A stretch of DNA of 64,000 nt from Octopus bimaculoides (GCF_001194135.2 NC_068983.1:73326887-73390886); one strand, 5' to 3'. Positions 25,891-39,008 are shown, counted from the first letter of the stretch. The notes: generated by a model from the sequence alone, not told the origin. A program made the numbers and translations.

Positions 25891-26184
25891 CATGTATGTA
25901 TATATTCAGGTATGTGTATGTGTGTGTGTTTATGTATATTTTGCTTTACAGTTCTTATCGCGTTTAAAAATCTAACTGTACGATGCAGGCATGGCTGTGT
26001 GGTAAACAAGTTCGCTTTGCAACATCTTGGTTTTATGTTCAATCCCAGAGCCCGTGATACCATGTGGTGAGGTTCTTCTTATACCTTATGAATGAAATTT
26101 GGTTGAACGAGAAATGGTAACGAAACCGGATCTACATATATACATACATATGTATACGAGTACGCATGTATGTATTGTTTGTGT

Positions 26185-26572
26185 GTAGAGGCGCAATGGC
26201 CCAGTGGTTAGGGCACCAGACTCGCGGCCGTAGGATCGCGGTTTCGATTCCCAGACCGGGCGTTGTGAGTATTTATTGAGCGAAAACACCTAAAGCTCCA
26301 CGAGGCTCCGGCAGAGGATGGTGGCGAACCCTGCTGTACTCTTTCACCACAACTTTCTCTCACTCTTACTTCCTGTTTCTGTTGTACCTGTATTTCAAAG
26401 GGTCAGCCTTGTCACACTCTGTGTCACGCTGAATCTCTCCCCGAGAACTACGTTAAAGGTATACGTGTCTGTGGAGTGCTCAGCCACTTGCCAGTTAATT
26501 TCACGAGAAGGCTGTTCCGTTGATCGGATCAACTGGAACCCTCGTCGTCGTAACCGACGGAGTGCCAACAAC
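26185..26572 (+). mobile_element. SINE family B with TSD
   Basis: Full head and tail; flanking direct repeat attgtttgtgt. Confidence 0.92.
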
Positions 26573-26814
26573 ATTGTTTGTGTAAACATATGTGCATGTC
26601 TATGCTTATTTTGTTTATACTCAGTAACTTAGCAGTTGGGCGGGTCACAAGAACCGATAGCATAGTCACTAGATTTGAAAATAAGTACTGCGGTCAAAGA
26701 TGACCGGTGTCCAAGCCATAGCTACAGCCCAGAGCCTGGCGCTAGAAAAAGAACAATAGCCATGTAACTATGCACGTGCTGTTGGTGATATTTTGCCTTC
26801 TCTGAACTTTTCTG

Positions 26815-26860
26815 TTTTCCTTTCTGACGAAGAGCTATGCTCGAAACGTCAAAAGCTCTC
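26815..26860 (+). ncRNA. Candidate minimal type I hammerhead ribozyme (Penelope-type)
   Basis: ccttt CTGACGA a GAGC tat GCTC GAAA cgtc aaaag: conserved core, 4-bp helix II, palindromic ACGT helix III, GUC triplet and a short helix I (ttt/aaa). Confidence 0.7.
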
Positions 26861-27004
26861 TCTTTTTACCGAGCATCAAACCAATAGATTCCATGTGCAC
26901 GTCCTCTTGTTTTGTTATTGCTATTTTTAATGTTCGATTTGGCTATGTGTGTGTGTGTGTGTATACATATATGTATGTGTGTGAGTGTGTGTGTGTGTAT
27001 ATAC

Positions 27005-27051
<47 letters not shown>

Positions 27052-27379
27052 CCTTACCACAGCTTGACAATCGGTGCTGGTATATTTGTGTCTCCTTAAC
27101 TTAGCGGTTCGGCCGAAGAGACCGATAGAATAAGTACCAGACTTCAAAAAATATGTATTGAGATCAATCTGTTCCACTAAATCCTTCAACTGAATTTCTG
27201 GATTGCTTAATTTCTGTCAACGAAAGTGAGTCATAAGGCTTGGGTTGGCTCGAAGTTATCGTAAAGAGTGGGCTCGAACTCGATTCCTCATAATGACAAA
27301 AAGAACTCCTTAACCACTCAGCTTTACTTGTGCTCGCATGCATACACACACAGACACAAACGCGCACATACACATATAC

Positions 27380-27383
27380 AGAA

Positions 27384-27459
<76 letters not shown>

Positions 27460-27460
27460 T
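27380..27460. repeat. (GA)n microsatellite
   Basis: Direct observation. Confidence 0.95.
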
Positions 27461-27716
27461 AGAAGAGAGAAAGAGCGATAGGCATGATTAATCTGTAGAG
27501 CAAATGGAGTGTATTTATATTTGTGATATTTGAACTGTTTCTGTAGTTCAACAGACTTTCTTTACAGTCCCGCTGATGAAGGTATCACATGTCCATATAG
27601 TTCTATGAAAGACCGACTGCTAGAAATACGATTGTGTCGCTGAAGATATAGATATACTATGTGCTTATTTCAATATGTTGCTTCAACTGTCACTTCGTCA
27701 TGACTGTATGTGTTCT

Positions 27717-27895
27717 TTTATTCTTTTACTTGTTTCAGTCATTTGACTGCAGCCATGCTGGAGCACCGCCTTTAGTGGAGCAAATTGACCCCAGAACTTA
27801 TTCTTTGTAAGCCAAGTTACGGAGACGTAAACACACCACTAGCGGTTGTCAATCGATGTTGGGGGGGGGGACAAACACACACACAAATATATAAA

Positions 27896-27926
<31 letters not shown>
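27717..27926 (-). mobile_element. SINE family A, 3' half; runs into an N gap
   Basis: cttgtttcagtcatttgactgcagccatgctggagcaccgcctttag.... Confidence 0.8.
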
Positions 27927-28669
27927 NNNNNNNNNNNNNNNNNNNNNNNNNNNNNNNNNNNNNNNNNNNNNNNNNNNNNNNNNNNNNNNNNNNNNNNNNN
28001 NNNNNNNNNNNNNNNNNNNNNNNNNNNNNNNNNNNNNNNNNNNNNNNNNNNNNNNNNNNNNNNNNNNNNNNNNNNNNNNNNNNNNNNNNNNNNNNNNNNN
28101 NNNNNNNNNNNNNNNNNNNNNNNNNNNNNNNNNNNNNNNNNNNNNNNNNNNNNNNNNNNNNNNNNNNNNNNNNNNNNNNNNNNNNNNNNNNNNNNNNNNN
28201 NNNNNNNNNNNNNNNNNNNNNNNNNNNNNNNNNNNNNNNNNNNNNNNNNNNNNNNNNNNNNNNNNNNNNNNNNNNNNNNNNNNNNNNNNNNNNNNNNNNN
28301 NNNNNNNNNNNNNNNNNNNNNNNNNNNNNNNNNNNNNNNNNNNNNNNNNNNNNNNNNNNNNNNNNNNNNNNNNNNNNNNNNNNNNNNNNNNNNNNNNNNN
28401 NNNNNNNNNNNNNNNNNNNNNNNNNNNNNNNNNNNNNNNNNNNNNNNNNNNNNNNNNNNNNNNNNNNNNNNNNNNNNNNNNNNNNNNNNNNNNNNNNNNN
28501 NNNNNNNNNNNNNNNNNNNNNNNNNNNNNNNNNNNNNNNNNNNNNNNNNNNNNNNNNNNNNNNNNNTATATATATATAGATATATATATAGATAGATAGA
28601 CAGGTGTGTGTGTGTGTGTGTGTGCAAGCATTGAGGTGAGACAAAAGTGTTGCAATATTTGTATACGTG

Positions 28670-29335
28670 CTCGTTTGTCACCTTTATATCACGTGACCGA
28701 AGCCGTTCAAGCCGTGGAAGGTACCCGTTGAGATTGATAGTACCGTGATAATTGGTGCGTTGACTCGTATGTGACTAGGAAGCCAAACAGATGAACGTGC
28801 AACGTAGCCTAATTCGAGAGCTTATGCTTTACGAGTTCCACCTAGGCCATAACGCAACGGAAGCAACCAAAAACATTTGTTGTGCGAAAGATGACGGCAC
28901 AGTTGACTACAGTACAATAACCTAATGGTTCAAAATATTTCGCTCGAGTTGCAAGAACCTCGGCGATCAGGCAACGTCGGGTGGGCCTAAAATCGTGGTT
29001 TTCGAGGCAGTGCTCCAAGCCATAAAAGCAAATCCAGCAGTAACACTCAGGGAGTATCAGGTGAACTCTGCATCTCACGCATGTATCTTACTGTGCGGCA
29101 AAAACAAACGGCACTGGTTTACAGAAATTGAGTTCTTCTGCAGCAAGACAACGCAGGACCTTATACTGCTCCAACGATCCAGAATAAACTCGAATGACAA
29201 GAACTGGTATCAGCGTAGGATCGATCAAAGAACTGATAGAAAAGTGGCTTCAGCCGGTGAAACGCAATGGCTTCTTCTCTGAATACGAGACTGCTTTTGT
29301 TGTAACGATCCCGAAAACTAATAAGTTAACAAAAT
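28670..29335 (+). mobile_element. Mariner-derived, internally deleted element
   Basis: The frame from the ATG at 28791 gives MNVQRSLIRELMLYEFHLGHNATEATKNICCAKDDGTVDYSTIT*WFKIFRS..GDQATSGGP, a mariner N-terminal HTH; no DDD catalytic domain follows. Confidence 0.8.
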
Positions 29336-29372
29336 ATTGCAAAATTTCTGACTCAACGCAGTATATATATAT

Positions 29373-29764
29373 ATGAGATGTCTGAGGGCTATAGTTGGTG
29401 TGACACGGATGGACAGGATGAGGAATGAGGAGATGCGAAGGCGAGCAGGAATGAGAGAAAAACTAACAACCAAAATGGATAGACGAATGTTGAGGTGGTT
29501 TGGCCACATGGAGAGGATGGATGAGGAGTGGATGGATGGAGTGAGGAAAGCTTTAGTGGTTAGAGGTGTTAGTGAGAGAGGCAAGAAAGTTTATGAATGA
29601 TGGGAAAGCTTGGAGAGTTTGTGGACGGATGAGTGAATTTGATCTTGCTCAAAGGGGTACGGAATCAGGATGATGCAGCGGAATTAAACCAGTATATGCT
29701 GTCGGGCCTCACTGCTGATATTGGGAGTTGCGTTCTATGCCTTGACCCGAGCATAGAACAAGGC
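29373..29764 (+). mobile_element. RTE-like LINE C-terminal fragment
   Basis: MRCLRAIVGVTRMDRMRNEEMRRRAG...RRMLRWFGHMERM is the conserved post-RT region of RTE-clade LINEs. Confidence 0.85.
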
Positions 29765-30280
29765 NNNNNNNNNNNNNNNNNNNNNNNNNNNNNNNNNNNN
29801 NNNNNNNNNNNNNNNNNNNNNNNNNNNNNNNNNNNNNNNNNNNNNNNNNNNNNNNNNNNNNNNNNNNNNNNNNNNNNNNNNNNNNNNNNNNNNNNNNNNN
29901 NNNNNNNNNNNNNNNNNNNNNNNNNNNNNNNNNNNNNNNNNNNNNNNNNNNNNNNNNNNNNNNNNNNNNNNNNNNNNNNNNNNNNNNNNNNNNNNNNNNN
30001 NNNNNNNNNNNNNNNNNNNNNNNNNNNNNNNNNNNNNNNNNNNNNNNNNNNNNNNNNNNNNNNNNNNNNNNNNNNNNNNNNNNNNNNNNNNNNNNNNNNN
30101 NNNNNNNNNNNNNNNNNNNNNNNNNNNNNNNNNNNNNNNNNNNNNNNNNNNNNNNNNNNNNNNNNNNNNNNNNNNNNNNNNNNNNNNNNNNNNNNNNNNN
30201 NNNNNNNNNNNNNNNNNNNNNNNNNNNNNNNNNNNNNNNNNNNNNNNNNNNNNNNNNNNNNNNNNNNNNNNNNNNNNNNT

Positions 30281-31065
30281 TCGCCAATGTCATTTTTGTG
30301 ATGTGTAGTCAGGCGTTGTCTTGCAATAAAATAAGAGTAGATCTGTTGACTAATCTTGGCTGTTCTTTTGTAAGTTTCTGCATCATTTGGTCCAGTTGGC
30401 TGCAGTATACTTCGGTCGTGATTGGTGAGCCAGGTTTAACGAAATCATAATGGATCGCACCTGCGCCAGACCACTAAACACACACCATCAGCTTCTTTTG
30501 ATGAATTTTGCTTTTTGGACTGTGTTTTGGTGGCGCGTCTTTGTCCAACCATTGTACTGAACGTTTACAGTTGTTGTATGGATCCATTTCTCATCACATA
30601 TTACAATTCGATTAAAAAATGATTCATTTTTGTGACGAGAAAGTAGCATAATTCAGGCTTCCAAACATTGCTGTTTCTGATTTTCATTGAGTTCACGTGG
30701 AACCCACTTATCCAACTTTTTCACTTTACTGATTTGAACTAGATGTTGCTTGCTAACACCAAACAACAAATATAATTCACGGGCACTTTGAGATGGATCT
30801 GACTCGACGGTGGCTTTCAGTTCGTCATTATCCACTTTTGTTTCTGGTCGACTGCGTTGCTCATTTGTGAGGTTAAAGTTACCAGAACGAAAATTTGCAA
30901 ACCAATTTGATACTATCTACTGTGTAATAACATTAGAATGAAATACTCCATTAATATTCCGAGGTGTCTGTGATGCTGTATTTCCAAGAAAGAACTCATA
31001 TTTCAAAACTGTACGAATTCCCGACTTATCCATCTCTAAACAAAAATAGCAAAAAACAATTTATA
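30281..31065 (-). mobile_element. Mariner transposon remnant, frameshifted
   Basis: DNDELKATVESDPSQSAREL...KVKKLDKWVPREL (WVPHEL-like), followed by an FLNRIVICDEKWI-like segment. Confidence 0.85.
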
Positions 31066-31183
31066 AATACTTTATAAAGCGCAAAATGAGTTAGAATAAA
31101 GAAATAGATGTGTCAGCTTTCTAACAAAAAATATTGTCAAAATATAATAATGGCGCAAAATGAACAGCTGTCAAAGCGGCCTA

Positions 31184-31223
<40 letters not shown>

Positions 31224-31244
31224 TTGTATTTATCTGTGTATGTG

Positions 31245-31305
<61 letters not shown>
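31245..31305. repeat. (TCTA)n microsatellite
   Basis: Direct observation. Confidence 0.95.
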
Positions 31306-31307
<2 letters not shown>

Positions 31308-31890
31308 CCTATGTTCCTGCCTTTAGGCTTTCACTTCATACATGCCAGCTCAATTTGATTCATTCTCAGTCGAGAAACACCTGTTGTTATATTCTTGTTT
31401 GTATTCGTAATTGTAATATGTTCTCTGTTTTTTGTCTTTGTTGCCGTACACATTTGCTAGTTTCTCACAAAATATCTAATGCTCTTAGATTGAACTTTTT
31501 TCAGGGCAACCACATAGAATTGTCTCAAGTGTAACTGCCCGAAACAGTAAGAACATCTGGTATCTTGACTGAAGAAAGAAGGCCACGAATGACCCGTCCT
31601 TTTTCCCCCTATCCTTTTAATTGTTGTTTCTCCTGTCCACCTTTGTATCGTATATCTGTCCTAATGTTTTATTGTCCTCTATTGCGTTTTTGTTCCATTA
31701 TAAATATATATATATATATATACTCTCAATGGACTAACTGAGTATATATATATATATATATATATATACTCAATGGACCAAATGACTAAACCAATCAGTG
31801 AACGAACTTATAATGACTATCGAAACAACTGAAAGTCGAATTTACGACAATAAAAGAATATATAATGACCATTATTTATGCATTGGCTTC

Positions 31891-31981
<91 letters not shown>

Positions 31982-33322
31982 ATGCCACATCGCCCGAAGA
32001 AATGAACCCATGAATATGAACCCGATGTCAATGGGTACTACGGACTGTACCCTAATCATCCCAGGAATACAGACTATGATCATAAGAAACATGTGATTTG
32101 TAGAAACGTGCGTAGCGATGCGTTAAGATATTTATAAATTCCATCCACAGATTATTATTATTACTATTATTAGTATATATATATATATATATATTAAAAG
32201 AGGATAACTGTGAACAAGTTTCGGTAAAATTGGAGCTCATCAGTTAAATGTAGTTTACTTAAGCCAATCCAAACGGCTATGGTTGTATTATTAATGACAT
32301 AACGTAAGGGGAATAACTCAGTGAGCCAATAGCATGAATTAGTTTACGTACTAATTCAAATATATATATATATATGAATTAATCCCAAATTTTATTTAAT
32401 TTGCTTTGCGAGAGCAGCTGTTTTATCGAAAGTGTATATTGTTGTTAAATGCTAGAAATACAAGAATAGAAAAACAGCCAACAACTGATGAAGGGTCGTT
32501 CTTTATGTTGTTTGTCTTGTTTTCGATTTGTGTCTTTCGTTGTTCGAAAAAATAGTTCATATTCCATGTACTCGTACTTCGTATTTTTTGTTGTACACGT
32601 TTCGTGACGTCCTGTGCCCACATATGCATACTTGTGTTCTACTATAGCCCCTTGCAAACCAATGCCTTGTGAGTAATTTGGTAGACGGAAACTTTAGAAA
32701 ACCGCCTCTCGCGCGCGCGTTGTGTTGTGTGTGTGTGTGTGTGTGTGTGTACAGATAGAGATATGGGAGTATTAAAACAATTCGTGAAAGAAGACAAACG
32801 TATACATGTACATAAACATATCCTCTTTCAACATTTGCTTTCATTCTCTCCTCCCCACCCTCTTGGTCTTTCCCTCTCTTCGTCGTTTTTTCTCTCTTCC
32901 CTCACATTTTCTACTCGTTACCTTTTCCTTTCATTCTCCCCCCCTTTCTTTCTGCATTTTTCTTTCTACACGTGTTCTTGAATTTCTCGGCATCTCCTCT
33001 CGCAGCCTGTCATCTAATCCATCTTGTAATAATCATACATAAGGGTTTGTTCGTGTGGGGGATAACATAAACATGATATCTTAAATATATATGGATCGTT
33101 TCATACCCGAAGATTTTCTTCGCTGACAAACCAAGAACGTGAATATTCTTGTTACATCGAAAAATTACCACCGTACATTTTATTTAACTGATCAAGGAGG
33201 AGGAATGGGAATAAATGATTGGAGTAGTTATGAAGAGGTGTTATGCAAATGAGAGAAATTTGTTTAATTTTACTTTAAGCTAATAAATATTTTTCTTTTA
33301 AACAATTAGTATTCATTTCATC

Positions 33323-33705
33323 GTGGAGGCGCAATGGCCCAGTGGTTAGGGCACCGGACTCGCAGTCGTAGGATCGCGGTTTCGATTCCCAGACCGGACG
33401 TTGTGAGTATTTATTGAGCGAAAACACCTGAAGTTCCACATGGCTCCGGCAGGGGATGGTGGCGAAGCCTGCTGTACTCTTCCACCACAACTTTCTCTCG
33501 CTCTTTCTTCCTGTTTCTATTGTACCTGTACTTTAAAGGGCCAGCCTTGTCACTCTGTGTCACGCTGAATCTCCCCGAGAACTACGTTAAGGGTACATGT
33601 GTCTGTGGAGTGCTCAGTCACTTGCACGTTAATTTCACGAGAAGGCTGTTCCGTTGATTGGATCAATTGGAACCCTCGTCGTCGTAACCGACGGAGTGCC
33701 AACCA
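33323..33705 (+). mobile_element. SINE family B with TSD
   Basis: Full head and tail; flanking direct repeat attcatttcatc. Confidence 0.92.
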
Positions 33706-33769
33706 ATTCATTTCATCATTTTAGTACGAGGACCAAAAAACTAATTTAAACTATAATTATTATTTGTAC

Positions 33770-34100
33770 GCCATATTTCTTGATATTAACCCTGGTGGCA
33801 AAAGAAGACTTACCAGATTTAACTGTCATACGACAGGTATCACTCTAGTGCACACGCTATACGCATAAATGCACTGGTGGTTGTGTTTGTGGTGGGGCAA
33901 ACGCAGATGCAAAGACACATACACACAAATATATACAACGGGTTTCCGCACAGTTTCCGTCTACCAAATTCGCTCCCAAGGCTGTAGTCGAGTCAGCCTG
34001 AGACTATAGTAGAAGAAATTTGCTCAAGGTGTTCCGAGGTGGGACTGAACCTGAAACCAAGTGGTTGCAAAGTCTTAACCACACAGTCATGTCTGTGTGT
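33770..34100 (-). mobile_element. SINE family A, old and diverged
   Basis: cagtttccgtctaccaaattcgctcccaaggc...ctatagtagaagaaatttgctcaaggtg...gggactgaacc. Confidence 0.65.
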
Positions 34101-34877
34101 TTACATATATTTATGCAGAGACAGTTAGAATCCAAATAAATAGATAGAAAACAAAATTTCGGTTGAGAAGATAGATAACAAGAAGAATTAAGGCATGAGC
34201 TAGAAGACGGGAGATAATGGAATAAAAGCAAGAATAAAGAAGATAGATTAGAAAAAAAGACAGAAAGAGCAGAAACAAGAATTCTGAAGACAAAATACTT
34301 AAGAAATGTGAAAAAAGAAAACAAAACAAAGAAAAAAGTAAGACTATGGGAACAAGAAAAGTAAAGAGGGCAGAAGGTAGACGATGAAAAAGACCGAATA
34401 AGACTACGAAAAGACAAGAATACTGAAAAAGAGAAATTTGAAGAGATGATACAAGGAGCGAAAACCGAAGAAGCAAAAATATAGAAGGCAGAAAAAAAGT
34501 CAAGCATGTAGAATACAGAAGAAGAAAAAAAAAAAGAATGATATAGATAAAGGACAAACAGACAGAAAAAAATTCTAATTTATGCACAAGGGCAGCAATT
34601 TGAAGGAAGGGTGGTTTAGTCGATGCCATTGATCCCAGTACTTGATTGGTACCTTATTTTTTATCGACTCTTGAGTGGTGACAGGCAAAAATGACCTCGG
34701 GGAAATTTGAATTGAAACGTAAATTTAAAGGGCCGTAATAAATACCGCAAAGAATTTTAACGATTCTGTCTGTTCGTTGCCCTTTACGAGAAGAAAATTT
34801 AAGGAAAGTTCAGCGACACAGAAGCTATTAAAATACATGCCTAACAACTTAATTGGATGTACTTAGGGAAACCAAGT

Positions 34878-35068
34878 TTTCTGGCATACAAGTCGACGTA
34901 ATATATAGTGTAAACATTCAAACATGGTCTCTATCTTTCCAAATCCTGCTGCATTTCACATGGAATTTTTGGTCATCCAAAGTCATCTTGGTGTATATGT
35001 CGATCCACGTTTTTTGCTTGTAAATTTTTGTCTGAAAAATTCAACTTCTATGCCGAAAAATACGGTAA
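34878..35068. other. Unidentified dispersed segment, copy 2 (paralog at 3610-3803)
   Basis: See copy 1. The plus frame TFKHGLYLSKSCCISHGIFGHPKSSWCICRSTFFACKFLSEKFNFYAEKY is open here. Confidence 0.7.
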
Positions 35069-35252
35069 GCTATCATTTTAATTTGATACATTAGCGCAAG
35101 GTGATACACACATAATCACAGATATCCCAGATCACATCCTGAGAAAAATCACTCTGCTGATTGGTAGTATACCTGTAGAGCTTCTACTCTACACACACAC
35201 TATATATATATATATACACACATTTATGCATCTATGTATATGTGTGTGTGTG

Positions 35253-35552
35253 AAGGCGCATGGCTTAGTGGTTAGGGATATTCGGCTCATGGTCGTAAGG
35301 TTGTGAGTTCGATACCCAGCGGCACGTTGTGTCCTTAAGCAAGGCACGTTATTTTTCGTTGCTCCAGTTCATTCAGCTAGCAAAAAAATGAGTTATACCT
35401 GTAATTCAAACTACCAGCCTTATCACATTCTGTGTCACACAGAATCTCCATGAGAACTATGTGAAAGTTACGCGTGTCTGTGAAGTGTTTGTTAATTTCA
35501 CGATCAAGCTGTTCCGTTGATCGGATCAACTGGAACCCTCGTCGTCGTAACC
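35253..35552 (+). mobile_element. tRNA-headed SINE with a CORE-like box and the family B tail
   Basis: ggcgcatggcttagtggttag...gagttcgataccc, then gtgtccttaagcaaggcac..ttgctccagt..., then ...gctgttccgttgatcggatcaactggaaccctcgtcgtcgtaacc. Confidence 0.75.
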
Positions 35553-35937
35553 AACTGTGTACTAGTTTATATACCTACGTTCTTTTCTGTTTTCAATCAT
35601 TTAAATTCTTCCACTGAATGTAGATAACAAAAACGATGTTTCATTTAAATCTTCCACTGATAGATTGTATTGCAATGTGCGAATTGGTTGATTTCTTTTT
35701 CTGGAAAACCTAGTTTATCGAGATTGTCATTTAGGCATTTACTCACAAAACGAAGTGCACCAATTATTATGAGTAAAAATGTGAATTTATAATCTGGATA
35801 CAGAAGATGGAGCTTTCAAAGCGGTTGTCCGTAGTTATTCTCTTTCCTCTTTGATTTTCAAAGGGATATTCACATCAGCAAAACAGCTGACCTCTATGAC
35901 GGTACATACTTTTTTTCTTGTCTGTCCCAAACAATAA

Positions 35938-36150
35938 TCTTTTCTACTTTAGGCACAAGGCCTGTAATTTTTTGGGAGGTGGGGCAGTCGATTAGATCGA
36001 CCCCAGTACGCAACTGGTGCTTAATTTATCGAACCCGAAAGGATGAAAGGCAAAGTCGACCTCGGCGGAATTTGAACTCAGAATGTAGACAGACGAAATA
36101 CCGCTAAGCATTTCGCCCGACGTGCTAACGTTTCTGCCAGCTTGTCACCT
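35938..36150 (-). mobile_element. SINE family C, full length
   Basis: tctactttaggcacaaggcc...cccgaaaggatgaaaggcaaagtcgacctcggcggaatttgaactcag...ctgccagct. Confidence 0.85.
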
Positions 36151-36159
36151 TTTATCCCA

Positions 36160-37075
36160 AACAATAATATCCGACCTGTTATGCTTACTCTTGACAGAAG
36201 TCTTCATGAGAATGTCCTAACAGTAATTCTTGTGTTGATGTTTGTGTATTTATTCAATAATAGAGGGATCTCTACGTTTATTCCAGGACAGTCTTGTTTC
36301 AAAAGGTATTGCATATTGTTTTTGTGACAACGTCGTACTGCATAGGGAGATAGTACCTTGATGACATTTTTGGCAGCTGCTAATCACACGTGAGACGTTT
36401 TCCACAGAAATATAACAATCTATTTTTCTGGTTGCATGTTTGGGCGCCAAGGGCTTTGTTGTCTCTTTTGTTTATTAGGTATTTCATAGCAATCTCCTGA
36501 TCTTGGATTGCAAATGCATAACCTTCGAAGTGTAACGTGTTGTAGCAGTCACGAGTCCAAGAGAGAGACATCACTTCATGTCGATATTACGGTCTTCTTC
36601 AAGCTTTCGGTAATATATCCATGCAAGGTCTTTTTTGGTTTACTGAGCGTTTCGCATCCAGTATTCTTAAAGGCATGTTAGTCTAGTTGTTTTGGGGTTG
36701 TATGGGAGGTCTTCTGGAAGAGACTGCTTCCTGAAGTGCACGCTGCCGACACGTAGGTTTTGTTCTCTTCGCTTTTCAGCACCAAGTTAATGGTTTAGAA
36801 AGTGCTGTCTAAGAGACACTATACGACATTCGAAGGTTGTCTGCACCGATCTCAAGCCTCCACCTTCTTTATCACATCTTAGGTAGAGCCTATCGATATC
36901 ATCATTTCTGTGTAGATTTCTATTTGGTGTCTGTGTCTTGCAGCTTTTAACATCTATGGAATGGATTTCTACGACAAACCGGTCAAGAATTCCAAATGTT
37001 GGAATCAGCTCTGGTACTGCAAATGCATTGTGGGATATTGTCTTGTTGTAAGAGGCGACTTCCGACTGCCAAATT
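36160..37075 (-). mobile_element. R4/Dong-like (REL-type) LINE fragment, heavily decayed
   Basis: NLHRNDDIDRLYLRCDKEGGGL, FEGYAFAIQDQEIA and a degenerate CCHC segment (VENVSRVISSC). Confidence 0.8.
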
Positions 37076-37623
37076 TTTCTATCTATGTATCTATGCATGT
37101 ATATGCGTGTGCGTAATGGAGGGTGGATGTATTAATTCGATAAGTTCTACAGAACTTAGAAATGTAAGGTAAACTTATGTGAGTATGTTTTTTTGGTGAA
37201 ACCGCATTTTAATCACCCAGTGAAAAGTAGGTAAAGTGGTTAAACGACAATTTTTTTCTACAATCAATAAAAAATTAAAAAGAAACAAAGACGTCGCTTC
37301 ATCAGAGATCAGTTACTCATTTCACTAACCACAGAAAAAATTTGTAGCCTATAGCTATTTATTGTAAATACAAACTTATACAGAACTAAATTGGTCTGCC
37401 TAATTTGCATAACAGAACGGACATTGACAAAGTTAATCAAATAACAGAAGCGCTACATAGGCTCGGGTAAATAAAGATATAATCACAACTTACCAGAGTG
37501 TGTTTTTTGTAAACACATTTTCATCTTTCCTCCCACTCTCCCTTGTCTCTCCCTCTCTTTCTCTCTTATTATACATACATACACACGCGTGGGCACATAC
37601 ATATATACACAAACACATACTCA

Positions 37624-37655
<32 letters not shown>

Positions 37656-38144
37656 TCACGGTATCGACTAAACTATTGGATGTTGTTCTACACTGCTAAG
37701 TCCAATGTGCTTCTGCGCCTTGTTGTCACCTCCGAATGTTGCTATCCCACTGGCTGGACGGGCAGGACGACACTTCACCTGAAAGGAACGTCAGTTCCTT
37801 GCAATTTTAANNNNNNNNNNNNNNNNNNNNNNNNNNNNNNNNNNNNNNNNNNNNNNNNNNNNNNNNNNNNNNNNNNNNNNNNNNNNNNNNNNNNNNNNNN
37901 NNNNNNNNNNNNNNNNNNNNNNNNNNNNNNNNNNNNNNNNNNNNNNNNNNNNNNNNNNNNNNNNNNNNNNNNNNNNNNNNNNNNNNNNNNNNNNNNNNNN
38001 NNNNNNNNNNNNNNNNNNNNNNNNNNNNNNNNNNNNNNNNNNNCGCACGCACACATACGCACTTATACGCATGCACTCACACGCACACATACGCACACAT
38101 ACGCATGTACACACACGCACATACATACACACACACTGAAGCAT

Positions 38145-38184
<40 letters not shown>

Positions 38185-39008
38185 GCATGCACACACACAC
38201 ACACGCGCATGCATGCACGCACACACTGTTTGATTGATTTCAGTCATTGGATGGCCGCCATACGAATTCATCACGCAAAAGCGTTTTAATCGTTCGTATC
38301 GACGTCGTACCATTTTCAAAATGCATAATTATTTTATCATTTTATTGACGCCCATTTATTGACTGGCTAAGTACATTAGCATGCGACTTAACCTCGCCAG
38401 TTTACACAAACACGTTCTCGTAAGCTCACAAGGTCACCATCAACCCATACCGCGACCAATCACATGTACAACGCTATTGAACATGAAACAAAGCAAGACA
38501 AAATAAAAGAACATTAATGTACAAGGTACCCATTTATCTGAAATTACCATAAAAAATAGACAGAAACCAGAGCCGTTTTAGCAGTATTGTAGGCCTCTGA
38601 GCAAATCAATGCATTGGGCCGTATAGTATTTATTATTGACAGCAGCAACAGTATATATAAATCAGAATTGGGGCCCTAGATCTGCGATGCCTCCGGGCAA
38701 CTGCCCAGTGTGCACATGCCTTCGGATGTTGCAGATAGGATCGCTTGCATACGACTCGACTTGCCGTTCGGAGTGACATGCTTAGTAGAGCAGCTACCAC
38801 ACTGCGATCTATTGAGTTTCTTCTCGCGAACGACATGATTCTCGATTACGGGTCGCTCGACATGCACCGCGCGCTTCGCACCAGATAATGAACCACCGCT
38901 CGGCCACGGCCCGATCCCTTCTCCATCGAGTGAGCGACACAACGACATGCTAACTTAAACATGCAAACAACAGATACACATAAATTTTTTAAAATAGATA
39001 TGTAATTA

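Noticed and set aside
27570-27615. CTGATGA...GAAA string
   Set aside because: No helix II pairing between the cores.
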